Part shown: in pieces, positions 23,506-36,508 of the stretch
Layout: each line of letters opens with the position of its first letter
How positions within the stretch are numbered: position 1 is the first letter of the stretch
NCBI GenBank assembly: GCA_965240325.2
Contig: OZ251240.1
Location: forward strand, 1,116,001 to 1,180,000
Direction of reading: 5' to 3'
Length of the DNA: 64,000 nucleotides
DNA from: Rebecca billardiae RCC1528
Lineage: Eukaryota > Protista > Haptophyta
The notes under the pieces: model-generated
Seen by the model: only the letters and a program-made list of their open reading frames with translations
Database searches by the model: none
What the model was told of the DNA's origin: nothing
Program-made: the position numbers and the translations under genes

Positions 23506-25119
23506 ATGGCGGCGAACGCTTCCGCGGCGGTCGGGCTCCTCCGGCGCAAGTCGGGGCGCGGCGACGCGCGTGCGACGTTCCTTCTGGCGGAGCGAGCTGA
23601 GGATGGCGACGGCATCATGCAGGACGAGCGCGAAGCCTTTCGCCTGTACACCCTCGCCGCTGAGCGCGGCTTTGCCGATGCGCAGGCGAGAATGGGCGAC
23701 ATCTACAGGGATGGCGAGCTTAGTCAGCCCGTGGACTTTGAGGCAGCCGTGCGCTGGCTCCGGCTGGCGGCCGAGCAGGGCCATGCTCACGCGCAGTGCA
23801 ATCTGGGCTGGTGCCACGAGCAAGGCAAGGGTGTGCTGCAGGATCGGGGCGAGGCAGCGCGCTGGTACCGGCTGGCGGCTGAGCAGGGCTATGCGGATGC
23901 GCAGTACAACCTGGGCGTGTGCTACGAGCAAGGCATGGGTGTGCAGCAAGATTGGGGCGAGGCAGTGCGCTGGTACCGGCTGGCAGCCGAGCAGGGCTAT
24001 GCTCACGCGCAGTGCAACCTGGGCGTGTGCTACGAGCAAGGCAAGGGTGTGCAGCAGGATTGGGGCGAGGCAGTGCGCTGGTACCGCCTGGCGGCCGAGC
24101 AGGGCATGGCTGTCGCGCAGTGCAATCTGGGCCTGTGCTACGCAGAAGGCAACGGTGTGCAGCAAAATCGGGGCCAGGCAGTGCGCTGGCACCGGCTGGC
24201 GGCCGAGCAGGGCTATGCCGAAGCGCAGGCCAAGCTGGGCGGGTGCTACGCGCTTGGCGATGGTGTGCAGCAGGATGGGACCGAGGCAGTGCGCTGGTGC
24301 CGGCTGGCGGCCGAGCAGGGCAATGCACAAGCGCAGGGCATTCTGGGCGATTGCTACCTGCAAGGCTTGGGTGTGCAACAGGATAGGGACGAGGCAGCGC
24401 GCTGGCGCCGGCTGGCGGCCGAGGAGGGCCTTGCTGAAGCGCAGTTCATTCGGGGAGAGTGCTACGCATTTGGCGAGGGTGTGCAGCAGGATTGGGGCGA
24501 GGCAGTGCGCTGGTACCGGCTGGCGGCCGAGCAGGGCCATGCCGAAGCGCAGGCCAAGCTGGGCGGGTGCTACGCGCTTGGCGATGGTGTGCAGCAGGAT
24601 CGGACCGAGGCAGTGCGCTGGTGCCGGCTGGCGGCCGAGCAGGGCGTTGTTGACGCGCAGTTCAATCTGGGCCTGTGCTATGAGCAAGGCCAGGGTGTGC
24701 AGCAGGACTTGGGTGAGGCGGCGCGCTTGTTCCGGCTCGCTGCTGATGGCGGGAGCGCACAGGGGCACATCTGGCTGGGATCGCTGATGCTGCAGCGTTC
24801 CGGAGTGGAACTGGATGTGGAGGAGGGCGCTCGGCTGCTGCGCCGTGGCCAAGAGCTCAATCCCAGCTTCAGAGATCACGTGTGCGATATGCTGGCTGCG
24901 TCAGCTGGAACGCGCGAGGTGGTCTCCCAGTGCTGCATCGCCTGCGCACAGACAGGCCGTGGTCTGAAGAAGTGCGAGAGGTGCCACGTGGCGGTCTTCT
25001 GCTCGCGTGAGCACCTGCGCAGCTCGTGGAAGGTGCACAGACCCCACTGCATCAAGTGGTGCGCCGAGGCAGCAGGTGAAGCCTCTGCCGCCGCTGCGCC
25101 CGCTGGCCGCTGTGTTTGA
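23506..25119 (+). CDS. Sel1-like repeat protein (about 12 repeats) with C-terminal MYND zinc finger
   Basis: 36-aa repeats AQxNLGxCYxxGxGVQQDxxEAVRWYRLAAEQG; CIAC..CERC..CSREH..HRPHC; intronless. Confidence 0.9.
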   Translation: MAANASAAVGLLRRKSGRGDARATFLLAERAEDGDGIMQDEREAFRLYTLAAERGFADAQARMGDIYRDGELSQPVDFEAAVRWLRLAAEQGHAHAQCNLGWCHEQGKGVLQDRGEAARWYRLAAEQGYADAQYNLGVCYEQGMGVQQDWGEAVRWYRLAAEQGYAHAQCNLGVCYEQGKGVQQDWGEAVRWYRLAAEQGMAVAQCNLGLCYAEGNGVQQNRGQAVRWHRLAAEQGYAEAQAKLGGCYALGDGVQQDGTEAVRWCRLAAEQGNAQAQGILGDCYLQGLGVQQDRDEAARWRRLAAEEGLAEAQFIRGECYAFGEGVQQDWGEAVRWYRLAAEQGHAEAQAKLGGCYALGDGVQQDRTEAVRWCRLAAEQGVVDAQFNLGLCYEQGQGVQQDLGEAARLFRLAADGGSAQGHIWLGSLMLQRSGVELDVEEGARLLRRGQELNPSFRDHVCDMLAASAGTREVVSQCCIACAQTGRGLKKCERCHVAVFCSREHLRSSWKVHRPHCIKWCAEAAGEASAAAAPAGRCV

Positions 25120-25617
25120 CACCGTGTAAGCTAGTTGGCCAGGGCAGCCCGAACCCGGGGCGGCCGCCATGGCCATGCCCCGATGATATCGGGGCACTAA
25201 TTGTCAATAAGGAATAGCCAATCGATACAGTGATTTCCAATTTCCAATCCAACATTTTACTCGCAGTCACACAGTGGCGGCACTCGACCGCTGCGGCGGC
25301 GCTCGCACAAAATCATCCAATAAAATCAATAACACGCTGACCTGATCATAAATCGACAGCAAAACAGCATGATGGGAGGCAACGTACATCCTACGACCTC
25401 ATCTCGAAGCTTCTGAGACAGAATCAGACGAACGGACGAGTCACCGTCCGGGAATCTTTGACCTGCGAAGACGATGTGTCGATGTGAAATTACTTCGCAA
25501 AATTAGCCGACAGCTCGATCCACGCTGAAGCTCCACTTCGTCCGCAATGTCTGTGGCAGCGCGGTTCTCTCGACACTAATAATGTAAGCTAGTTTTATAT
25601 TAAAATACTACTGACTA

Positions 25618-26084
<467 letters not shown>

Positions 26085-27906
26085 TTGACCTTGCGTACGT
26101 AACCAATGCCTGGATGCGGCAGGCGCATACTTATATATATATATGATGCAGACACTCCTAGTTGGGATTTTCTCGTCGTCGTAGAACATGTTGCAGCCCA
26201 CAGCAGGCTGCCGTGGGGCACAGCAGGCAGCGACCAGAAGCAGGCGAGTGCGCGAGATGGATATCGCGCGCGTTGGCACGAAAGCGGCTGCGAAACAGGC
26301 GGCACACAGCTGAAAGCAGCGCAGCTGAAAATCGAGCTCGGCTGGCTCGCCAAGCAGCCGGTGCGGGTGGAAAGCCGAGATCGAATCTGACGAGGCGGTA
26401 GCTTCGGCGAGCCTCTTCGGCGAGCGGATACTGCAGCTTCGTCACCTGGCTGTAGCAGATGAGTAGACGAAAGCCAATCGATGAGCTGGAATATTGCTGG
26501 ACGACGACCGCCGAGTTTGTAGTCATTGATGAATCAAAGCTGCTGCTTGTATGATGCTTGATGGCGGAGAATGGTGAGCGCTCGTGGTGACTGCTCCGTT
26601 GTCAGCATGATGGCGGCCGGATTATTTGTATTCGCCATGATGCTGTATGCGCGAACAGGTATAGCGCTTCACCAGCAGTGGGCCAGCTCGGCTGGAGGCG
26701 TAGGGTACCGAGGCAAGCGGCTGCAGCGAGCGCGTTCGAGGGTGCGTTATTGACCTCGATGAGAGCCAACTGGTTCGCCCTGTACCGGTACGACGCTAGC
26801 GGGCAAAGTCGATCGGCGGCGGGTGGTATGGCCACGTACTTCTCGCCAGCGGACACAATCGATTATTGTGCCAATAACACCACATATAGATATAGATATA
26901 CATATGCATACATTTCGATACCGAATTAGAATAGTTCATCCTGGGCAGTACGTGCGCATGATTTCATCAGCATATCATCAGCATTTATTCCTCTCCTCTG
27001 TTGTACGCGGGGCCAGGCGCGTCGGTCCCCCAACCACCCGGACGAATGATTAATGACGAATAATATTTATCGGGTCGACGTCCCTGACTGAGGCTGCAGT
27101 TCGCCCAGGCACTACCCGGTACTGTCTATCTAATCTACCCTCACCCTGCTCACTGCTGCAATCCATTACCTATGGGCCTCGTCTTATGTATTCATCACGT
27201 TATTAAGAGGCTTGACCGGACGACTCACAATAATCGGCACCTGCTGACTCCTGAATAAATTGTCTGGCTGAGTCTCACAGCGGGATTCTACGCGGCCTCA
27301 CTCTCAGTCACTCACGCGTCTCACGCGGTCGTCCGATCAGGCCTAAGTTGCTGCGCTACTGCAAGCTGCGAGGCCCGAAATAATATGTTTTTATCAGCTG
27401 CTAGGAGTTATTACAGTGTAAGATTCTATGCACCAATCAATCAAACCGCGATATCGGGACTAGCAGCTCAGTAGCTGCACTGTTCAAGCGCCATGCCGCC
27501 CCCCGCATCAGTCTAAGCGGCAGAAGCCTCCGCCACTCCGGGCCAGGCCCAGGCTCCGCCAGGCGGCTAGATCAGTCAGCAGCACGTCGTCAATCGGCAG
27601 TGAGTGAGTGACGTGATATGACTAGCAGCTGATGATGTCGCGTGATCATCCGATTGGCGCGGTCCCGCCGCGTCACGAACTCAACTCACTGGTCAACACT
27701 GTCAGCCCCGCCATGCGACTGCGTGATGATGGCTGCACGGCTGATGCGTGCCTCGCCGTAGCGGCCTGTCGTAGCCCGCGGGGCCCGCGGACCGGCGGAC
27801 TCAGCGTGGAGGCCGCGGACTCGGCGGAAGGGCCGTGCCTATATATATATATATCCGGGGCGGTACTATAATGATGCTGCTGATCATCGATGTCATAGCG
27901 ACAATG

Positions 27907-27908
<2 letters not shown>

Positions 27909-27988
<80 letters not shown>
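27909..27988. repeat. (TA)n microsatellite
   Basis: Seen directly. Confidence 0.95.
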
Positions 27989-27989
<1 letters not shown>

Positions 27990-28196
27990 CTACGACGCGT
28001 GATCGCGTCTAGTTATCATCCGAGTTGATGATGCCACTTGGCGAGGACCACAGTGAACGTAGGTATGCAATAAAAAGCGCCGGCGACGGTCAGACTACTC
28101 TCACTAGCTGTACTCAGACTCAGCATCTGCGGCATCTCTGGAGCCGCACCGTGGCGCGGTCATCGTGCCGCTAGCTGCGGGCAGCGGGGATGACGC

Positions 28197-29868
28197 TCAT
28201 CTGCGTCGGCGTGCCGCGGCGCCGATGCTGCTCAGCGCGTCCTCGCTCTTGTGCGCTCCGTCGTCCGCTGCTGCACCATCCACGACGCCCGACTGCAAGC
28301 AGGCGTCGCCGTGACTTGCAGGCGGGGTGGACGCGTCGCTCGCGCCGCTCGGCCCAGGCGGCGCCCCGCCCTTGAGCGGCCCCTTGGCGGGCGCGCCACG
28401 CGCCACCGGCCGCGGCTGCAGCCTGAGCTGGGCGGCGAGCGATAGCAGGAGCGCGACGCAGTGCTGCGCGCACAGCCACAGCCACACCCACGGCGAGAGC
28501 AGCACCGCGGCCGGAGGCGACGGGTGCTGCCGCCGAACGGAGGGCGCGCACGACGATGCCGCGGCGCTCGCGGCCGCCACCGGCGCGGCGGCAGCTGATG
28601 CCGTCCGGTGCTGGGGCGCTCGCGCTCGCGCGCGACGCGAGGCCGCCGCGCGCGCGTGCTGGAACTGCAGCAGTGCAAGCAGCAGCGAGCGCACGCTGAA
28701 GGCTGGCCACAGCGTCTGCGTGCGGTGCGTGTCGGGGGGCGCACGTGTGAGGCCGAGCGCGCGCGCACACGCACACAGCTGGGCGCGCGCACGGGCCTGC
28801 GCACGGGCCAGCCGAGCACGTCACGTGAGCCCATGAAACCGCGGGCAGGCACCCAGCACACAACCGGCACGCACCTGCGTGAAGATGACAGTCGCGCGCT
28901 CGGTGGCCAGCTGCCACATCAGGAAATTCGACAACCGTCGCTCACCGGACGTGCGCACGACCAGGTCGACGGGCGGCACCTGGGGCGCCGCCGGGGGCAC
29001 GGACGGGCAGCCCGGGCGGAGGGGTGGGTGCGCGTGCGTGGGTCAGTGGGAGGCGGGTCAGTGCGCCCCGGGCACGGGGCACCCGTCAGGCGTGCGGCGC
29101 GCGCGCATCGCGTGGTGCGCGCGCACGGCACGCGGGCGCAGGAGCGCGCAGGAGCGCGCAGGGGCCTCGATGCGCTGTCGCGCGCGCGCGCACCGACGCC
29201 CCCGTGGTGTGCACGCGCGCGGTGAGCAGCTCCGCCTCGACCGCCTCCTCGCACACGTCAGCCGCAGCGAGCTCGCCACTCGAAACGCGCGCGGCGAGCG
29301 CGCGCGTTGCTGCCAGCAGCTCAAAGTGGCTGGTGTACGCGAAGCAGACGTTGAGCAAGGGGCCGACGTTGCCCCGCGTGTGCGCAACGGCAACCTCCAT
29401 CTCCCTGCGCACGTCGTGCGGCACGAGCGAGAGGTCGCCGAGCAGCTGCAGCCGCATGCCGTACCTTCGCACGAGCGCGTTCTCCGACTGCAGGTGGAGG
29501 AACTTCTCCTTGGCGAGCTCCATCAGCGCGGCGACCTCGGCGGCGGAGCGGCGGAAGTTGTCGATTGAGAACGCGTAGACGGTCACCGCCTCCACGCCGA
29601 GCTCGAGGCACCACTCCAGCACCTGCTCGAGCTTGTCAAAGCCCAGCCGGTGCCCCGCGCAGAGCTCGACGCCGCGCGCGCGCGCAAAGCGGCGGTTGCC
29701 ATCCATGATGAACGCGACGTGCTTGGGCACCTCGCCGGCGCGCATCACAGCACAGCCGAGCTGCACCCACAGCGGGAGCCGGGACGCGGGCCTCGACGGC
29801 TCATGAGCATGCTCCTCCGGGGCGGAGCACGCACCGTGCGCCATCGTCATCAGCTGCTTCAGACTCAT
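28197..29868 (-). CDS. DHDDS: cis-prenyltransferase (dehydrodolichyl diphosphate synthase-like); exons 29868-29215, 28979-28875, 28715-28197
   Basis: PKHVAFIMDGNRRFAR, YAFSIDNFRRS, LNVCFAYTS, DLVVRTSGERRLSNFLMWQ, LWPAFS. Confidence 0.9.
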
Positions 29869-29967
29869 CGCGGTGGCTGCAATAAATATCTCGCGTCCGG
29901 CGACGAAAAATCCGAACGGGCTTTGCGGGCGGTCATCGTCCGTTTCGCGGCGGCGAACAGTTCAAGC

Positions 29968-31963
29968 ATGGTGGCGTCCATGGGCGACAAGGGGTACGCA
30001 CCTCCGCTCGGGCCCTCGGCCACGGCCCGCGCCGTCCACGAGGGACGCTCTGCCCAGCCTCACCGTATGTGCGCCCTCCACTCGACTCCCCTGCGCCGCA
30101 GGAGCCGTAGCCTCCCCCAGAAGCTCACGCTCGAGCATGTCTCGCCGGCGACGCGGCTGCTGGAGAAGCGCCGGCAGATGTTCGAGGTGCAGGAGGCCCT
30201 CGACGCGCAGAAAGAGGGTGCGCGCGCGCGCCGCCGCCCCAGCGCGCAGCGCAGACACGGCGCGAGGCGTGCCACCCGCGCCCGCGCTGGCCTCATCAGC
30301 CACGCCGCCACGCGCACCGTTTTCGCTCGTGCGCGTGTGCTCGTCGGCGCGCAGAGTACAAGCGGCGCGAAGCCGAATTCAAGCGGCGCGAGGAGAAGCT
30401 CAAGGAGCGCGACCTGGCGCTGCAGGAGTCGCTGATCAAGTTCAACAAGTTCCTGCAGGAGAACGACTCGAAGCGCGCCCGCGCCGAGAAGAAGGAGCGC
30501 GACGAGCTCAAGCAGCGCGTAGCCAAGGAGTCAGAGATCAAGCGGCTGCGCGAGACGCTCGAGCGGCTCAAGCAGGACAAGGTGCTGCGCCCGGACTGCG
30601 CGCGCCCGGACCGCGGCAGGGCTCGGCTCGCCCCGCGTGCCGGTGGCGGGAGGACGCGCTCGGCGGCCGGCAGCCGGACGCGCGGCGTGGGGCGGGTGGG
30701 CGGGGCAGCGGCGGGAGGCGCGGCGCCGCACCGCGGAGGGCGCCTGCGGTGCGTGTGCCCTCCGCGCGTGCGCAAGCGCGCGCGCGCTCACGCCCGCTCC
30801 GCCCTTGGCCGCCCGTCCGCCGCGCGCCGTGCAGGTCGAGATGCAGGCCATCCTGCAGAAGGACCTGCGGTACCAGCAGTACCTGGAGAACGTCCTCGAC
30901 TCGACCGACGAGTACCCCGAGATTGTGGAGCTGCTGCTGCGATATGAGACGCTCGAGGCGACGCACCAGGATCTGGTCGAGCGCTCGCGCGAGGGGCAGG
31001 CGGTGAGCGAGGACCAGTCGGCGCTGAACAAGCGGTGCGCGCCGCTCGCGCCGCGCCGCGCGGGCGCCCCCGGCCACGGGCTGGGCCGTGGCGCCTGGGG
31101 GGAGCGCGCGCACGCCGCGTGCCGCGCCTAGCACCAGGGGCCGCGGCCGGCCGCCAAGCCTCGCCGTGCCTGGTGCCGGCGCGGGGCCGCCGCCGCCCCG
31201 CGCTCTCTCTGAAGGCGCCGCCCGCCCCGCCGTCGCTCGCGCACGCCTCGCCCACCCCGCCCCGTGTGCGCGCAGGTACATCAAGGAGAAGGTGGACGAG
31301 ATCCTCGAGTACAACAACCAGATCGCGATGCTGCAACAGCGGTACGAGGCGGTCGTCTCTCAGGCGAACAAGCTGCAGGCGGAGACGGACCGGCGGCTGC
31401 AGGACGCGGCCGAGAGCACGCTGCAGCTGGGGCAGGTGCTGATGGCGTGCGACAACATCTACACGCGGTGCATGCAGACGTCGCACGTGACGCGCAAGAA
31501 GCTGCTCTCAGCCGAGGACGACAAGGACGCGGCGATCGAGAAGCTCAACCAGATCAAAGACTACCTGGGAGATCTCATGTACATTGTGCGCACCTACAGA
31601 CCGGAGGGGCGCGTGCAGGAGGCGCAGCAGCAGCAGCTGGACGCGTCGCAGCCGCAGGCGATGGTGACCGCGCGGGGCGGCGCGAGCGGCGGCGTGCCGA
31701 CCGTGGGCGTGAGTGGCGTGAGCGGCGGCACGCTCAACACGAGCGTGAACAGCACAGCCAAGCAGGGCAGGAGGTCGGGCACGGCGAGATCCGCGATCAC
31801 GCTGGGGGTGACGGGCGCCAGCGAGGCGAGCGGGGTCGGCGGCCCGGGCGCAGTCTCGGCGTCTGCGGTGCTGCCAGGCACCGGGCAGGTCGGCCAAATG
31901 GGCCCCTCGGCCGGCAGCGCGCCGCCGACGGCCAGCATACGCAACACGGCCGTCACAGAATGA
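29968..31963 (+). CDS. CFAP73: Cilia- and flagella-associated protein 73 / CCDC42 family (DUF4200); introns 29994-30101, 30218-30354, 30582-30834, 31035-31275
   Basis: HVSPATRLLEKRRQMFEVQEAL and DLALQESLIKFNKFLQENDSKRARAEKK; all four introns preserve the frame. Confidence 0.85.
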
Positions 31964-32419
31964 CGATCCGTGATGGCATCAATGATGCCGTTGCGCGACG
32001 TGCGACTCCCGACTCCGGCCTCCGGGGGAGTCGCCAGTCGGCAACTGGTCGCGAGCTGGCTGCCGAGATCCGACTCCCGAGTCGGCACTCCGGCGTCGGA
32101 GTTGCGCTATACTTGCTTCGTCGCGGGACAGCTTGATGATGTGAAATTCGCACGGGTATTATATATACTTAGACTTTATAATTATTATTAGGTGACGGCG
32201 GATGATGAATAATCAAGCCGCCTATATCCGTCGTAATATCGTCATCGTCATCATCATTCATCAACCTTCAACGGCATGAATAACGGCATCAACCGAATAA
32301 CCGATATGATCGTGTCATCAACGATGAACTCATCATCAAGAGCGCCGCCATCATGCAGATCGACATCACCAGCAACACAAGAGCGCATGCAGACATCACC
32401 AGCAACAAGGGGATGTACG

Positions 32420-33547
32420 TCACTGCCAAGCTCCGTCGCCATGCGCTGAACTGCTGGTAGTGGCAGTGGTACTACTGGCTGCAACGATCTGCACGTCCGC
32501 GACGACGTGCTCGATTTTGGGCGCGTACGATTTGACGCGCTCGACGTGCACCACGTCCACGCACGCCCACTCGCGCCCGGCCGCCGCGGCATGGCGGCGC
32601 AGCGAGCTCACGAGGTGCGCACACCACGCGTCGCGCGCGCCGTCCGCTGTGCCCACGTTCGCGTGCACGTGCAGCCAGCCGCCCGCCGGCTTGAGCGCGG
32701 CCACAGCGAGCGGCCATGCTTTCTCGGAGGATGGGATGAGGCCGAGCGAGATTCGGTCTGCCTGCGCGCGGAAGCTGGGCAGGGCGTCGGCGTTGTCACC
32801 CGGGTGCACGGTGCAGCGCGACGCCACGCCGTTCGCCTCCAGCGAGCTGCGCAGCGCGAGCAGCGCGTCCTCGTCCCACTCGCACGCGTGCACGTGCGCC
32901 GCGCGCCCGTGCACCAAATACGGCAGCGTGAAATAGCCGATGCCCGCGTAGAGGTCGACCACCGTCTCGCCCGGGGTGCAGAGCCGGCCGGCGCGCATGC
33001 GCTCGGTGCCGTTGCCCGAGGCGAACATGTTGCGGGTCACGTCGAACGCGTAGGTGATCCCGTTCTCGCGGTGTCGCACCCAGCCTGATGGCTCGGCGGC
33101 TTCAGGCCACAGCAGCAGCGCGCGCGACTTGCGATGCTCTGACGGCTCGACGGGCGCCTGCACGCCGATGCGCGAGACGCCGATGATCGCCGCGCACGCG
33201 CGAAGCGCCTCGCTCGCCGCGCGCGCATCGAGCACGCGCGACGACGCCGAGTCCACCACAGTGCGCGCGTCTGCAGCATCGCCGGCCACGCCACCGCCGC
33301 CTGCCTGCGCGCACGCAAAAATGTCGTGCTGCGATGCAGCGCTCGCGAAGAGCGCAACGTCGCCGAGCTTCTCCCACTTCCTGGGGAGCCCCTCTGCCAG
33401 CGCGAGCGCCGCGCTCTCGGGCACGCCCGCCTCGATCAGCGCGGCGGCGACCCCAGCATGCAAGCGCTCATGCAGGGGCGGCCGGCGAGCCCCCATTGCT
33501 GAGCAGCCAGTGGGAACGCCGAACGCGGCATCATCATCGTGCGACAT
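32420..33547 (-). CDS. TYW2: tRNA wybutosine-synthesizing protein 2 (TYW2/TRMT12)
   Basis: LPRKWEKLGD, WVRHRENGITYAFDVTRNMFASGN, VVDLYAGIGYFTLP, LGLIPSSE, VKSYAP. Confidence 0.9.
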   Translation of the reverse strand: MSHDDDAAFGVPTGCSAMGARRPPLHERLHAGVAAALIEAGVPESAALALAEGLPRKWEKLGDVALFASAASQHDIFACAQAGGGGVAGDAADARTVVDSASSRVLDARAASEALRACAAIIGVSRIGVQAPVEPSEHRKSRALLLWPEAAEPSGWVRHRENGITYAFDVTRNMFASGNGTERMRAGRLCTPGETVVDLYAGIGYFTLPYLVHGRAAHVHACEWDEDALLALRSSLEANGVASRCTVHPGDNADALPSFRAQADRISLGLIPSSEKAWPLAVAALKPAGGWLHVHANVGTADGARDAWCAHLVSSLRRHAAAAGREWACVDVVHVERVKSYAPKIEHVVADVQIVAASSTTATTSSSAHGDGAWQ

Positions 33548-33585
33548 CGTCGATCGGCAAATTCTCGCGTCCGCGCCTCCACTTG

Positions 33586-34743
33586 ATGGCGTCGTCCGCG
33601 GACGATGACGCGCTCCAGGCCGCATACGAGGAGGCCGTGGCGTACGTGTTCCGCAACGCGAGGCTGGCCCTCGGGACACACCTCGCGCCCCCTCAGCTGT
33701 GGGAGCGGTTCGAGGGCCTGCTCGACGCGCTCGGCCGGCCGCACGATGGCTTTCGAGTCATCCACCTTGCCGGCACGAACGGCAAGGGGACGGCGAGCGC
33801 GCTGTGCGACTCGATGCTGCGCGCGGCGGGGGAGAGCGTGGGGCTGTTCACCTCGCCGCACCTCCACTCCTTCAGGGAGCGCATCCGCATCAACGGCGAG
33901 CTTGTCTCGCGCCGCGCGGTCGTCGACGCGCTGACAGAGATCCGCGCCCACTGCGACGCGGCGGGCGAGCTGGCGCCGTTCGAGAAGCTGACGGCGCTCG
34001 CGTTCGTGTGCTTCCGCGCGGCGGGCGTGCGCTGGCTCGTCCTCGAGACCGGCCTCGGCGGCCTCTGGGACGCGACCAACCACGTGCGCGCGCCCGCACT
34101 CGCGGCCGTTGGCATCTGTCGTATCGGCCTCGATCACACGGCCGTGCTCGGGCCGACGATCGAGGCGATCGCGAAGGAGAAGGCGGGGATCATCAAGGGC
34201 GGCGGGGAGGGCGGCGCGCCGCCCGTCCCCGCCTTCACCGTCCCGCAGCGCGCCGCCGCCACCGCCGTGCTCGCCGACGCGGCCGTGCGTGCGCGCGCGC
34301 CACTCATCACTGTCAACGGGAGCCATGGCGCCGTGCTGCGCGCTGAGCGCTTGTGGGCGCGGGAGCAGCAGCGGCAGTGGGAGGCGGAGGCGGGGCAGCC
34401 GACGCCGCCCCGCGCGCCGAGCCTGCCGCTGTGGCTCCAGCCGGAGCACCAGCGCTGCAACATGGCCCTCGCTGTGTGCCTTGTGGCAACAGCCCTCGGC
34501 GTGGACGTGGGCGGCGCGGGCGCGGCCGACGCGGATGCGGAGCCGAGCGCCGCGGCGGCCGCGGCGGCGGCGGCGGAGGAGGGCGAGACCGCGCTCGACA
34601 GGCTGCTGCTCGGCGCGCTGCGCACAACTTGGCCGGGCCGGTGCGCGCGCGCGCGCGCGCGCTCCACTGTAGGTGTGCCGGATGTTGGGGGAACTCCGTC
34701 ACCGCCGTGCCATTCACACCCCCACCGCCGCCGCCGCCGCCAC

Positions 34744-34782
<39 letters not shown>

Positions 34783-35617
34783 GCCCTGCGCTGCCGCCCA
34801 CCCGCCGTGCTGCACGCGTGCGTGCAGGCTGGAGTCCGTCCGCGTGCTGCCCGCGCAGCCCTCCGAAGGCGCGGCCGCGCGCGCGCTGCAGTTCGACTGC
34901 GCGCACAACGAGGACGCCGTGCGCGCGCTGCTGCACCACCTGGCAGCGAGCTCAGCGGCGCGCGCGGCGGCGGCGGCGGACCCGACACTCCGCCCACCGA
35001 GCGAGGCAGGGGGTGCTGCCGCCGCCACCTCGCCGGGCGCGCCGCCGGCCGGGCCCGTGCTCGTCTTTGGCGCGAACCGCGACAAGGAGACGCGCACGTT
35101 GCTGGATCTGATCGGAGCCTTTGCTGCAGGCAGGCCGGTTGAGCTCGTGGCGCCGCCGCCGGCGTCGGCGCACGCGGCCGCGGGCGCGGGCTCGCTCGCA
35201 GACCTGCTTGACGCGCCTCCGGGCGGCGGCGGGCAGCGCGCGGCGGCGCAGGGCTCAGCCGCCGCCGCCGCCGAGCCGGGCGGCGCGCCGCCCGCGCCTC
35301 GCGTGCCACGCGTCCTGCTCGTGGCCTCGACACACCCCAAGTCCTCCGAGCCCGGAGCGCTGCTCGAGGTCGCGCGCTCGCTCGAGCCGAGCGTGCGGTG
35401 GGAGGTGGCGGCCTCCGTGGCGGACGCGGTCGACGAGGCGACGGCGGGCGGTCCGGACGGAGCGCAGCCGTGGACGGTGTTCTTTGGGTCGGTCTTTGTG
35501 GTCGCGGAGGCGCGCGCGAGGCTCGCGCGCACGCACCCGCACGCACTGCGTCCGGGTGACTGGGCGTTTGAGCAGGATCGGGAGCCGCAGCTGCAGCGCA
35601 CCACCGCGACGGCCTAG
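33586..35617 (+). CDS. folC: Folylpolyglutamate/dihydrofolate synthase (FolC family); intron 34641-34827 contains (CCG)n/(CTG)n
   Basis: HLAGTNGKG, FTSPHLHSFRERIRING, ETGLGG..DATN, IGLDH..EKAGIIK, WPGR|LE, DCAHN, FGSVFVVAE. Confidence 0.92.
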
Positions 35618-36508
35618 CTAAGGCTGAGTCTGGCTGCCGCCTGACTCAGCGGCCACCAGCACGGACGAGTGGCAGCGTAGCTGGCAGAGCCGGCGGCGGC
35701 CCGGAACTCGTCGATCACAATACACGCACGGCGGCACGGCCCACGCCTGCCTGCCGACTGCTTGGCCCGGGCGGCTGGCCGCCTGGACTGAGAGTCATCT
35801 GAGACTGATGAACGACCGCTGAGACAGTCAGGCTGAGTGCTGCGCGGCGGATCAGAGTGATGAATCAGTACGGACGCGAGTCTGCAGCACTTAGGCTTAG
35901 CTGTACTGTCATCACGCCTTAGTAACGGGAAACGGCAAGTGTGCTGCACGTTAAATCATATATTCATATATATATAGTCGTACAAACTGTAGTCATTCTC
36001 ACTGACACTTAATAACGAAGTACGTCCAAGTATATAGCTTATAACTACCCGCGGTTAACGATGCATGAAGTTATACGGTGACTATAAGTTATTATAATGA
36101 GTTATACGATTACCAGGTCTGAAACTCTGAATAAGAGTCTGAAGACAGCTGCTAGTGACTACAGTTTATTTGTTTTAACGTGCGTAAGGCTCACGGTGGC
36201 AGGTTGCCGCGCCATCCTTCATCGCAGTACGACGAAGAATATTAGGCCCGTAGGGCGTGAATAATCCGTCATCAATAAGACAATAAATAAATCACTGATG
36301 AATAATGCTGACTGATGATGAGCCGCAGACGACCGCACCGTCACCGTGTCCGTGGCCGCAGGCGCAGCTAGACGCTCACTAGTGAGTCGGACGACATCAT
36401 CGGTCTGATCGGACGGACGCCGAGTGAGTCACGACTGCTACTGATACTGAGTCTGGATGATGCCAGCGGTCGCGCTCGCGCGCTGATGACTGGTGCGCAC
36501 GACCCGGC

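Noticed and set aside
23700-24760. Regular 108-bp repeats resembling a CRISPR-like array
   Set aside because: In-frame coding Sel1 repeats with no unique spacers, in a eukaryotic context.
26100-27000. Possible degraded tyrosine-recombinase or TE fragment (LCPLASY)
   Set aside because: A single weak motif with no catalytic RHRY residues or termini.
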